A stretch of 63,718 nt of DNA, filler included, from Octopus bimaculoides (lineage: Eukaryota), in assembly GCF_001194135.2 (NCBI RefSeq). It is 6 parts of 6 records of this genome, joined end to end, with 100 filler letters (N's around TTAATTAATTAA, not from the genome) between each part and the next. Parts side by side here need not be neighbours in the genome. Positions count along the whole stretch, not along the records: positions 1 to 4,772 come from NC_068985.1; positions 4,873 to 24,445 come from NC_068999.1; 4 more parts are not named here. One strand, 5' to 3'. Shown here piece by piece: positions 1 to 11,269 of the stretch. Position 1 is the first letter of the stretch, and the number at the start of each line of letters is the position of its first letter. A program made the translations under genes and the position numbers. The notes under the pieces are model-generated. The model had not been told where the DNA came from. It saw nothing but the letters and a program-made list of their open reading frames with translations, and did not search any database.

Positions 1-36
<36 letters not shown>
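1..36. repeat. (AC)n microsatellite
   Basis: Pure AC dinucleotide run at the window start. Confidence 0.98.
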
Positions 37-39
<3 letters not shown>

Positions 40-44
40 TATAA

Positions 45-888
45 CAGGGCTCGGTCTAAGTTACGCAAAAAGAGAAATAACACTGTTATCTCATCGTAAC
101 AGGTATATTTACCAAAACTACATCAAAATATATTGAAATATTAAAGAGTAAAACGCCTTTGGCTTCAACCACGGCCTCCAGACGACTTTGGAATCTCCTA
201 CAAGTCTGCTGGTTGCTCTCCTTCTCTAATTGGTGAATGCTGCAATAATCATGCCTTCAGTTTATCGTTGGTTTTACAAGGAGTTTTGATAATCACGCTC
301 TCAACAGCGCCCCACACATAGCATTCAAGGGAATTGCATTCTGGGAAGTTAGGTGGCCAGATTTTAGGGGTGATGTGGTCGCAGAAATTCACTGATTGCC
401 ATGACTGGGTTTTCCTGCCTGTGTGGCAGATATCTGTTGCTAGATATAGGGTCTTCCAGCAGACACGCTCTTGACCCAGGGCAACACTACCTCCTCCAGG
501 CACTTGGTGTAGACCTCCGTGTTGAGTCTGAGGTCATGTGGGATGGTGAATGGAGGCATAACGTCGACATCACTAGTGATCACACGAAATTCCCTGATGT
601 TCACTGAATGTTTGATTTTTATCACTATCATTAAATGCCCTCAGAATGCACTGTCCGCAGACTGACATTCCCAAATGTTCGTATTGGAGCTTTTGGCTCG
701 AATACCAAGCAGTTCAGCATATCGTTTCCAAACTTCTGGAGAATGAATTACGTCATGGTGCTGTCTTTCCTCAAAGACGGTGCAGAACTGACCATACTAT
801 ACTGTGTAGTCGAGAAGATAAAAAACAAACAATACGCATGTGCGAAATTAGAAGTATAAAATGGCGACAATTTCACCAACGCACCCTG
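45..888 (-). mobile_element. Tc1/mariner DNA transposon, internally deleted relic
   Basis: Minus-strand frames give VITSDVDVMPPFTIPHDLRLNTEVYTKCLEEVVLPWVKSV and KIWPPNFPECNSLECYVWGAVE (decayed WPPNSPDLNP motif). Ends are CAGGG... (45) and ...CCCTG followed by TA (888), degenerate terminal inverted repeats. Confidence 0.85.
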
Positions 889-960
889 TATATATATGTA
901 TATATATATATATGCAAAGTGGTTTTAGGCGTGGAAGGGGTGTAAAGATAAAATATTTTT

Positions 961-2350
961 CTTAGGTCAGATGTGTGAGGAGTTTTTGGCAAAAGGGAAG
1001 GAGTTGTATTGGACCTTTATGGACCTAGGGAAGGCACATGACGGAGTGGATAGGGATGCAATATGGCAATTGTTGATGTTGTATGGAGTAGATGGTAGTT
1101 TGTTGAGAGCTGTTCAGAGTTGTTATAGAGAAAGTAGGGCTTGCGTTAGGGTGGGTGGTAAAATGAGTGGTTTGATGTGAAGGTGGGGTTAAAGCAGGGT
1201 TGTGTGATGTCTCCATGGCTGTTTAATTTATATATGGATGGTGTGGTGAGGGAAGTATATGCTACAACCCTTGGTAGGGGAGCACAAATGGTGGGAGAAA
1301 ATGGAGATAAATGGCAAGTGAATCAGTTGTTGTTTGCTGATGATACAGCACTGATGGCGGATTCGGAAGAGCAACTGAGGAGACTGGCGGTACAGTTTGG
1401 AAGTGTGTGTGAGAGGCGGAAACTGAAAGCGAATGTAGGTAAGAGTAATGTGATTCAATGTTCGTGAGATGGAATGGCTAGTATGATGAGTGTGAATATA
1501 AAGGATGAGATGTTAGAGGAGGTGAGTGTTTTTAAGTATCTGTGAGTCACATGTGACAGCGGGTAGGGGGTTGGTTGAGGAGGTGGGATATAGAGTGAGA
1601 GAGGGAAGTAAGATGCCTGGAGTTGTGAAAGGTATACTGAGAGATAAAATGTTGAGTATAAAAGCGAAAAGAAGTTTGTATGATGGCGTGATTGTGTGAC
1701 AATGTTATATGGTGCAGAAACGTGGGGGCTGAGAAAGGCGGAAAGGAGGCGACTAGATGTGTTTGAGATCAGATGTCTGAAGGTTATTGTTGGTATGATA
1801 CGGATGGACAGGATGAGGGATGAGGAGGTGCTAAGACGAGCAAGAATGAGAGAAGAACTAATAACCAATTTGGATAGAGGAATGTTGAAGTGGTTTGGCC
1901 ATGTGGAGAGGATGGATGAGGAGCGGATGGATGAGGAGCAGATGGATGAGGAGTGGATGGATGAGGAGCGGATGGATGAGGAGCGGATGGATGAGGAGTG
2001 GATGGTGAGGAGGGTGACGAAGGATGAAGGCAGACTTCGGTTAGTGTGGATAGATGGAATGAGGAAAGCTGTGGTGGTTAAAGATGTTGGAGTGAGAGAA
2101 GTTAGAGAATTTATAAATGACAGGAAAGCTTGGAGAGTGTTTGGGGATAAGTGAATTTGATGTTGCTCAAAGGGGGTACGGACCAGCATAATGCGGCGGA
2201 GGTAAACCAGATTATGCTGTTGGGCCTCGCTTTTGATATTAGGGTTGTGTTCTATGGGTTGACCCGAGCATAGAACGAGGCTCGCTCCTTTGAGCTGGAA
2301 AATGAATGGAATGCCTGATGCGTGGCTTGTTGTAGCTACCCTCTCTTAGA
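961..2350 (+). mobile_element. RTE-clade LINE, 5'-truncated, frameshifted RT plus 3' UTR
   Basis: FMDLGKAHDGVDR, GLKQGCVMSPWLFNLYMD, LLFADDTAL (RT core) and LYGAETW...LKWFGHVERM (RTE C-terminal region) lie in broken frames 971-2154. The 3' UTR end is approximate. Confidence 0.93.
1911..2000 (+). repeat. 15-bp tandem repeat x6 (GATGGATGAGGAGYR) inside the RTE ORF
   Basis: Six in-frame units encode (M)DEE(R/Q/W). Confidence 0.95.
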
Positions 2351-2399
2351 AAAATGAGGAATAGGCCAGGGTATATTTATACATATATACACCTCCCCA

Positions 2400-2437
<38 letters not shown>

Positions 2438-2441
<4 letters not shown>

Positions 2442-3247
2442 CAAAAATGGGACAAGAATGCAAAACATCCAGACAGTTAGGTGATACAAAAAAGGGACAA
2501 CAAACATCCAGAGAGACGATACAAAGAAAACAAGGACGGGTCATTCGGAGATTTCTTTCCTCAGTCGAGTTCCAGATTATCTTTGCAATTTCGGCTGGTT
2601 ATACTCGAGATTGCTTCAATCTGGCCACCCCCAAGGAAAAACTAATCTAAGAGCATTAAATTCCTTGGAAGAAAGCAATGAATGTATACGAAAAGAAGGA
2701 TGGTAAAAAACGGAGAAATGTTACACAAATACAAATGTAAATGACAGGACATAACAACAGGTGTCTTTTGTCTAAGGATGAATTAAATTAAGCTGGTGTG
2801 TGTGGAAGTAAAGCCTTACGGCAGGGACATAAGATTTGACAGGCACAGATGTTGCACGGATGGTAGTCGAGCCAAGAAAGAAAGGTCAGGCTTTTGCCGA
2901 ACACCGGTCACATGGAGAGAGAAGAGAGAGAAGTAGAATTGAGGGATAAAAGATTGAAGGAGGAACGAAAAAAAAAAGGAAAGGGACAGAGTGAAGTGAA
3001 AGAGGAGGGAAAGTGAGCATGAAGAGAAGGCCAGGAAATGTGAGAGAGGGGGAACGAAAGAACGAAGGGTGAAATGAACGAAGTAAGTGTAAAAAGGCTG
3101 ATAGAAAGAAGGAAAGAATGAAAGAATAGAAAGAATAATAGAGTCGTACTTACATATAAGAGACCAAAGTGTACGTACGCCGCTATATTTTTATAAAAAA
3201 TACCAAAATGGGACAAGAACGCAAAACATCCAGACAGTTAGGTGATA
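2438..3247 (-). mobile_element. Interspersed repeat bounded by 49-bp direct repeats; possible Penelope-like terminal region
   Basis: 2438-2486 and 3199-3247 match at 47/49 positions. The class assignment rests only on this architecture and a degenerate hammerhead-like segment. Confidence 0.4.
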
Positions 3248-3264
3248 TGTGTGTGTGGGGGGCG

Positions 3265-3580
3265 CATATAGTAAAATGACCACCTACGGTCATCAATGGC
3301 TGTGGGATTACACCTAGCAGAAGTCTGGGCAAGGTTGTTTATGGAAGACCAGTTTACCATCTTCCCTTCTCCAAGCCACTGACGTTAACCAAGGAAACTC
3401 AAAGGCCGATACAGCTTGACTTCAATGCGTATCAATTGGTTTCCACAGCTGATTGAACTGGAACAACGTGAAATAAAGTGTCTTGCTCAAGAACGCAACA
3501 TACAGCCCAGTCCCTGAATCGAACTCACTACCTCGTGTTTTAGAGTCCGAGGCTCTAACTACTGAGCCATGCACTTTCAC
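3265..3580 (-). mobile_element. tRNA-derived SINE
   Basis: Reverse complement starts GTGCATGGCTCAGTAGTTAGAGC (A box) ... GAGTTCGATTC (B box), then TTCTTGAGCAAGACACTTTATTTCACG central domain. The left boundary is approximate. Confidence 0.85.
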
Positions 3581-3651
3581 AGAAATACCCACGCACACAC
3601 ACGTACACACATACACACACGAACATGCATGTATACATTTAAAAATTTCTT

Positions 3652-3859
3652 GTCTACTCTAGGCACAAAACCCGAAATTTTGGGGGATGGAGCCAGTCGA
3701 TTAGATTGGACCCAGTACGTAACTGGTACTTAATTTATCGACCCCAAAGGATGAATCGCAAAAATGACCTCTGCCGAATTTGAACTCAGAACATAAAGAT
3801 ATAGGAAATATTGCTAATCATTTCACCCAGCATGCTAACGTTTCTACCAGGTCGTCGCC
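3652..3859 (-). mobile_element. tRNA-derived cephalopod-type SINE
   Basis: Reverse complement is homologous to 27492-27699 (GTTAGCA...GAGTTCAAATTC...GGGGTCGATAAATTAAGTACCAGT). Confidence 0.85.
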
Positions 3860-4385
3860 CTAAGAGTAAAAATTATTTAAAAAATAATTTTTACCAGTGG
3901 TTATCATGCGTAAAAAAACATCAGTTGACATAATTATATATATCACAATAGCTGGCATATATATATATATGATACATATTCTAGATTTGTCCATTTTGGA
4001 AAGAAAAATAAAAGGCCGTTACAGCAATTCTATATGATATAATGAAAGAATTGGTAATTTGTTATATCAAGTGTTCACTCAATCTAAGGTTTCTTTCGAT
4101 TTCATGAAGGCTTCATATCCCTTATGAGATAAGTACCAATTTTACTCCGTTGTATAAGATCTTATTAATCAAAGCACATTCTTTCTCAATGAGTAAGTGA
4201 CCAAAACACGTTATTAGATGTGTAGAAACATGCACATATACTCTCAAACACATCCATTCCATGATCAGTCAGTGTGGGGGGAGGAGTAGGCTGTGTGCAT
4301 GTTTGTTTGAGTGTGTGGATGAGTAGTTTTTTCTGTAGAAATTGTAGGAAACGAATCACGTTAAATAACATATATTCATGAATAC

Positions 4386-4611
4386 ATTGGGTTGTCCGGA
4401 AAGTTCGTGCCGATTTTTAAAGGAAAGAAAAAGGTCAATAAATACTTGCCATTACATTTTTAATAAACCAAATACGAACTATTTTGTAGCACAATACGTC
4501 TCTTTCCTTTAATTTGAAAATACCCTCTTCGCAGAACTGAGGTGGTTTCATGGCAAATAAGTGGAAAGGTAAACAACTATAAATCGGCACGAACTTTCCG
4601 GACTACCCAAT
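4386..4611. mobile_element. Mariner-type MITE
   Basis: 31-bp TIR ATTGGGTWGTCCGGAAAGTTCGTGCCGATTT at 4386-4416 and 4581-4611, 1 mismatch; TA at the right end; no ORF. Confidence 0.92.
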
Positions 4612-4772
4612 ATTTCAGGAATTCATTTTAAAGTCGAAAGAATTGATATTAATATGCTTCTTTTCTATAAGAATAATAACAACTCTTAGACTCATGAATT
4701 TTACTCATTAATTACTCGATCTATTACGAATGCAGGTGCCGCACAAACCAACATTCTTTAAAATATTATACT

Positions 4773-4872
4773 NNNNNNNNNNNNNNNNNNNNNNNNNNNN
4801 NNNNNNNNNNNNNNNNTTAATTAATTAANNNNNNNNNNNNNNNNNNNNNNNNNNNNNNNNNNNNNNNNNNNN
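4773..4872. other. Artificial scaffold spacer (44N-TTAATTAATTAA-44N)
   Basis: Exactly 100 bp; TTAATTAATTAA at 4817-4828 gives stops in all six frames. Confidence 0.95.
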
Positions 4873-5590
4873 TCTCTCTCTCTCTCTCTCTCTCTCTGTA
4901 TATATATTTTTGTACATATTCCTCTTTGTATAATTGGTGTGTGGCTTCGTACCAGGATTTCGAAAAATCCAAATAAATTATTTACTTTGCAATAAACTTA
5001 TACTGGATTATTATTTTTTAGTTAAACAAAGTTACCTGAACACGTTTACTCGCGCGCATATCTCTCTGCATATGTATATGTATAGATATCCATGCATGCA
5101 TATTACCACATTTATATATGCGTTAAAACGGGGCAATATAATGTTTTGATATGTAATGTATTAACGTAGTAATAAATATTATAGTGTAAAATAGATGAGT
5201 ATTCTCGGGGATTGTTATAATGTCACGTTTCCTATTAATGGTTTCTTCTCTCTCAAGACTGTAACTTATTGAAACATTAATATATTGATTGAACGATAGT
5301 CAGGTGACCAATGCTGTAAGAGAGGCTTAGGCAATACATCGTTTGATATATATTCACTTGGCTTTCAGTTCAAACGCATTTACAATTGATCGGAAACTTC
5401 ATTACTGCTGGGTACACTACGATAACCAGTGCGATAATCCCGTTACTTCATTCCATTATACATCGCCATTAACTGGGGTGACTTGGAGTAAACTGAGTAA
5501 AACAAAAATTAATGTATTGACGTTATGTCGGTTGTATGTTAAATAACAAGTAGGCATATAAGTCGACGAGATAGTCTTTTATGCTGTCAG

Positions 5591-5687
5591 TCATAGTGTC
5601 AGAAGTGATAGAGTCCTCACCTGAGAGAATTCACTCTCTTGTGAAAACTGTTAATACCCGATCATCGAAAGATGTTCGCTGTCGTAG
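5591..5687 (+). other. Candidate internal coding exon (unidentified)
   Basis: tttttatgctgtcag acceptor, AG|gtaagt donor, one open frame (IVSEVIESSPERIHSLVKTVNTRSSKDVRCR). No homology recognised. Confidence 0.25.
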
Positions 5688-8600
5688 GTAAGTAGGAATG
5701 TCTACCATTGATACGAAAAAAAAATAGAAAACAACAACTAATGTTTGCAATCTGATCTTCAGAAAAACACTAGTGTATTTTGTATCTTAAATGACTGACT
5801 AAATAATTTTTATTGTTTGTCCTGTATGAAATAATGGCCATCTGCTCCGTGAACAAAATTAAAGAAAAAAGTTGGGATAAATTTGTCCTCTACCTACCTT
5901 TAAAACTGAGATCATTCTATCATAGGTCTCTTCCAATAGGTATAAATCTTAATTAAAAAAAAATGATAAAGAGGCAAACAAAAGCAACGATTGAAATATA
6001 CGATATTATATGATGTACTCCCCGTCGTGTAAATGTGTGATAGTCTCTATACATACATGAGTACGTTTTAAATAATATTTACGTATGTATGCATGTATGT
6101 ATGTATGTATGTATGTATGTATATATATATATATATATANNNNNNNNNNNNNNNNNNNNNNNNNNNNNNNNNNNNNNNNNNNNNNNNNNNNNNNNNNNNN
6201 NNNNNNNNNNNNNNNNNNNNNNNNNNNNNNNNNNNNNNNNNNNNNNNNNNNNNNNNNNNNNNNNNNNNNNNNNNNNNNNNNNNNNNNNNNNNNNNNNNNN
6301 NNNNNNNNNNNNNNNNNNNNNNNNNNNNNNNNNNNNNNNNNNNNNNNNNNNNNNNNNNNNNNNNNNNNNNNNNNNNNNNNNNNNNNNNNNNNNNNNNNNN
6401 NNNNNNNNNNNNNNNNNNNNNNNNNNNNTATATATACGCACGTGTGTATATATGTATGTATGTACATTTCAATACATATGTATGCAATAATTTCCTGTCA
6501 TGTGACCCAAAAGGCATGAGTATAATAATATAAAGATAGAACAGTTATGCAAGTAACTATGACTTTCTATATAAAAGGGACTTATCCATCAGGTAAATAT
6601 TCTGTAAATTGCAAAATGGTTAAAAACTGTTTCATTAATTTAAATGTGGTTAAAAAAGAGTCGGAGTTCAACATGAGGGGATTTGCAAAAATGCACACAT
6701 ACAAACGCCGAAGACATACACATACACACACTTTAATTCAAAAGCATTATGAACATTGTGGTTACATTATAAATTTCCTCTTTGATTGTATTGTGTACCT
6801 TGAGGCAATAATTTACTTTCATTTGAGTTCTGCTATATTTTTTTGTAATTTAAATTATTTTGTATGTACATTGTTGTGTGCATTTGTAAATCTTTACAGT
6901 GAATGCAAATACATGCTAAACACTTGTTTTGTCATATTTTAATGCTGAATTCTTCTTCAGATTTCTCTAAAAGTCTGCTTCAATTAACAGTGATTTTTTA
7001 AAAGTGTATCACTATTTTAGACGTATATGATATATTTCATCGACATGACCCCTTACTTGTCTAACGCAATGAGGTACTACTCAAAGATTTTATTTTTATT
7101 AAGAGTAATGAATTGTTATATTGTACCTACTTCTATACATTAAAAGAATAAAGATATGCGCAACAGAGCACTACATTACTTTATCGCCGCTGTAGTTGCT
7201 CTTGTTATAAGAATTCGAAGGTAATCTAAATACTTCTCTAAATCTCCCCCAAAACATCGCCTTTCATTGACTCATATTAATTTTTAAGGCCTCTTCCAAC
7301 AGCTGCGAATATACAGTTGTCTTTGATGCAGATTCTCACAACTGTTTCATATTTTAAATTTATATGCATGAAAAATGGTTAAGCACAAACAGAATTAGAT
7401 CCTCCTATTCGGTTTCCTTTTCTCGGCAGACGATTCTTGCGTTAGCGTAGTGTTGGTTACAAATAAATCATTAAACCTCTAATCATTTGAGTACAAATAT
7501 CGAATAATATTTGATCCCCTGTTCTGTTACCTACACATACATATATTGCGTCGCATTGTTGATTATGGATTGGTTATATAATAAACAAAAGTGGTAACTT
7601 TTGTCCAAGTATATTGCGCTCCAATATATCTTCCATTGAAAATTGCAACACGATGCGGTAAACGAGGATTCTAAACTCAATCCTTATTTTCCAAACCTGT
7701 GCTTATTTACGCTTGTCTCGAGCCATTAAACATGGAATTTTCACTTTTGAATTACGATGTTTTAAGTTTTAATGGAGAACCTTACTTGATGATGCTTATA
7801 ATGGCCGTTTCACTATTCTTTAGAAACAATTCAATTTCTGTCGATTCAAGAAGGTTAGCATTGATGTACCGGAACAGTTGGAGATTTATAAGAACGAACA
7901 ATACCAATCATGGTTTTTATGCCAAGAATAAATGATATACGAGCAATTATCAATCTGCGGAAATGTTTGGTTAGTTTTCACATAATGTATTGTAATTTTG
8001 CACTATCTTTTGTATTTATTGACGACAAAAAGCATGTTTCATTCAAACTCTGTTCAAACATTTCACTAGTATTTTTAATAGTTTTCATTTATTACAGGTA
8101 GAAAGAGATTAGGATAGAACAGGAAATGGCTTTCTTAAATCATCTGCTGGAAAATGTTCAACGTAATTGGTTCCAAAGCTTCTATAGCTGTTCAGTGAAA
8201 ATAATATAGAGAAATATATACGAATGTCTAACAACAAATAGCTAATATTATACCATTATGCATTGCAAAAATTGTTTCTGTTGTGGCAGGCAAGGTATAA
8301 TCTAGCTCATTACTCTGCCAGAATTCGTATTTAACACAAGAATATGCATTGGTGCGCTTTAATTAGTGATCTTCTGCTATTTGATATATCGGTGTCACAC
8401 TCTTGTAATGATATATCAATATCACACGTCTGTCCTGTGATTTACATTTAGGAGAGATCCTAAACACAATATTTCAAAGCCTTCTGTTTTATGTATCTTC
8501 AGGTATTAAGGTCCAGTTTTATTTATGTGAGTTTGCGCTATAGAGATTAAGGGCGTAGCACAGTCTGGATATTGAACCGCCGGTTGACAGCCTGTTTGCT

Positions 8601-8809
8601 CTATATCATGATTTGTTGGCTTCCGAAGACTAACGATACCCGTGCCACACATCATTCCCATTTTCACGATCAGTTTTATAACATATTGTGTAGAATCATA
8701 AATTCGATCACTTATTCTATTTCAGAGTTACACTCCGCTATTATACCCTTACCACAACGCAAGTATAATATTGTTCCCACGAGAAACTCATATGATATGC
8801 ACAGGTATG

Positions 8810-11100
8810 AAGTAAGTCAGAAGAACAGACTGAAATTGTCTGCTGGACGACTAAGAAACCCACCTCAGAGAAGTAGTCAGGCAACCTGTTCAGGTAAAGA
8901 AGATTTAACCCAGCGGGTGGGAGAAAACAGGGACCGGAATTAGACTGAGCGATTATATATCAAATCTTTTTCTATCAGCAATAAAATCAATAAAACTCAA
9001 TGCAACAATGTTACATGCAATTAATTCCAGAAGAATTTAGTGGTAAAACAAAATCCTGCCAGGCAACATTTGAAAGCCTCACTTAAGTCAGTCGAGGTGG
9101 CTCTACTACCAACATATTTTGGAAGGCATACTTTCAGAGTAAGGGAGGGCGAAATACCACCTGCGGTTGATGATGCCTGGCTCGTGGTCGCACTGATATT
9201 AAGGGTTGGATAACAAAATCACCCTCCTCCAAGCCACCATATTTCACCAACAGAACTGGCAGGGGATTTGGAAGAAATTCTAGACTCGATATTGATAGGG
9301 GAGGAGACCAGTTTAAGGATCATGGCGGAGGGAATGAAACCCCGCTGCTATAATTGTGGCAAAAAGGGCCACATAAAAGAAAAATGTCATCCACCATCTG
9401 TACCATCACAGCCCGTGGAAACATCTGTACCAGCACCACCAGCAAAAACTACCCCTGAAGCGGAGAAAAATACAGAGAAACAGAAAATTGCAGAGGACCC
9501 AAAAACGGCCAAAAATAAATAAACAGAAGCCGAAACAATACCCGGAGATACAGAATGGGCTATTGTCACCCCCACCAAAAAAATGTAGAAAAGGGAATGC
9601 CCCTTTCCCAAACACTAATGCACCCACCCTAAGCAAGCATGCACCCACCACCACGTGCACACAAGATCCCCAAACTCCCCAGCTATTACCCCTATATCAT
9701 GCATAAGCATTACATCTATCAACACTAAAATCAAAGATCTAAAAGAAGAAATAGAAAAAAATTGTAATCATTAAACCTTTCAATAATCCCTAAAACTCGA
9801 ATATCCATCCTCGTATTCGTTTTTACGTCATCGATAGCATCAATTATAGATTTCTTAAAACATTCTCACCCCGAGGACGTTGGATCACTCCAGAGAAATT
9901 TCTCTTCTCATTTATATTGGAAATTCCTATTGGATACCTCACAAACCATGACATCTGAAGAACTGAACGGGGAAAGATTACCGTCCTCCCTCCTCTAGAC
10001 GTAAAGCAAACGTATGTTCTCCGTCAATTTCGGTTGTATAAATATGCACGGCCTCGGGGTCGGATTGGAAGCAAAGCTGCCTCCTTGACAATCTCAGGTC
10101 GCATAGACTAGATCTATCAGACGCTACTGAAACCTGAGTGAGTGGACTTCAGGCTTTGTCACCCTTCCTAAACGGCTACGAGAAATTTATGTCTCTATGC
10201 CAACCTGGAGTGTGTGTGTGGGGGGGGGGAGTCGGAATTCTACTCAGAAAAAATCTACATTTAGAGATAAGAACAATATTTTTAGACCCGGAGTGCAAGT
10301 TAGTCGTCCTTATTTTGATGCACTGCAGCGGTAAGATCTTCATGTTGGTGGCTACGGAGCTGGGCAATCTAACTATTTCAGAAGCCTGGAGATTTTTCAT
10401 GGAACGTTGCATACTTTAGTGATGGTAAAAAACTTTAACACAATCTGCAAAACACGCGTAGATTGTGTTGGCTTGAATCCTGATAGGAGGGGAAATCCTT
10501 CCCTCAGCGGTCAGCTCAGTCGTTTGCAGATCAATTTTGGCCTGCGAGGCTTACAGGAGCCGGACGAGAGAGTTAGCAATAAGAGCATTAACCGGTTGCA
10601 TTTAGCAACAAATGGTGCTATGCCCTCAAGATAGCCTTCAAGTTTGAGTCGGTTACATTTAGCAAAGAATTAGCTTGTAAGAGAAATAGAATAGAAAAGG
10701 ATTTAGTTAAGGCACTAGAGGAGGCAATGAGGTCAGGCACGGCATTTAAAGTTTTGGCAGCGAGATTGGCACCCGACGAACACCGCAAAGTTAGATACCC
10801 TAAAGCGTTGCCACCCAGTAAGTATGAGAAAAGATGGAAGAACGTTGCTAGCATACTGAGAGGGATTGAAGCGACTGGAGCTAGAGCATCAACGTATTAC
10901 AAAGAGATCGGTGTTAGAACGTGGTTTGTGGAGTTGCCTACGTCTCTCACTCCAATTTCGTTATTGCATTCAATATTCATATATTTTACCATTAATTGTT
11001 TGTCATATTTTCTTTCGTATTGTTATAACACTCGGCCCCTAACCTCTTGTCTGTTCTCGTTTTGTCCACCCTGTATCTTTGACAGTTAAGATTAAATAAA
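8810..11100 (+). mobile_element. L1/Tx1-like LINE copy 1: ORF1 with CCHC knuckle, APE endonuclease, RT apparently deleted
   Basis: CYNCGKKGHIKEKC (CX2CX4HX4C) at ~9343-9384. GCINMHGLG...GGGVGILLRK...LDPECKLVVL (APE-like) at ~10040-10350. LAARLAPDEH then runs into a likely ORF2 C-terminus (SKYEKRWKNVAS), a T-rich region and AATAAA near 11095. Boundaries are approximate. Confidence 0.8.
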
Positions 11101-11269
11101 GAATAGTGTCTGAAAACGACTATAACCCGTGTAGAACGTCTTTCAAAACTCTGCCTGATTGTTAACGGATGTATTCTTGCTGTTGTTGAATTGTAGGTTT
11201 GCGTTTTACTTGTTATTGTTTACGAACTGTTAACACTTTGTTTTTCCGTGTCTTTGGANNNNNNNNNNA

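Noticed and set aside
4817-4828. TTAATTAATTAA (PacI/homeobox-like) motif repeated five times
   Set aside because: Always centred in exactly 44+44 Ns, so it is an assembly linker.
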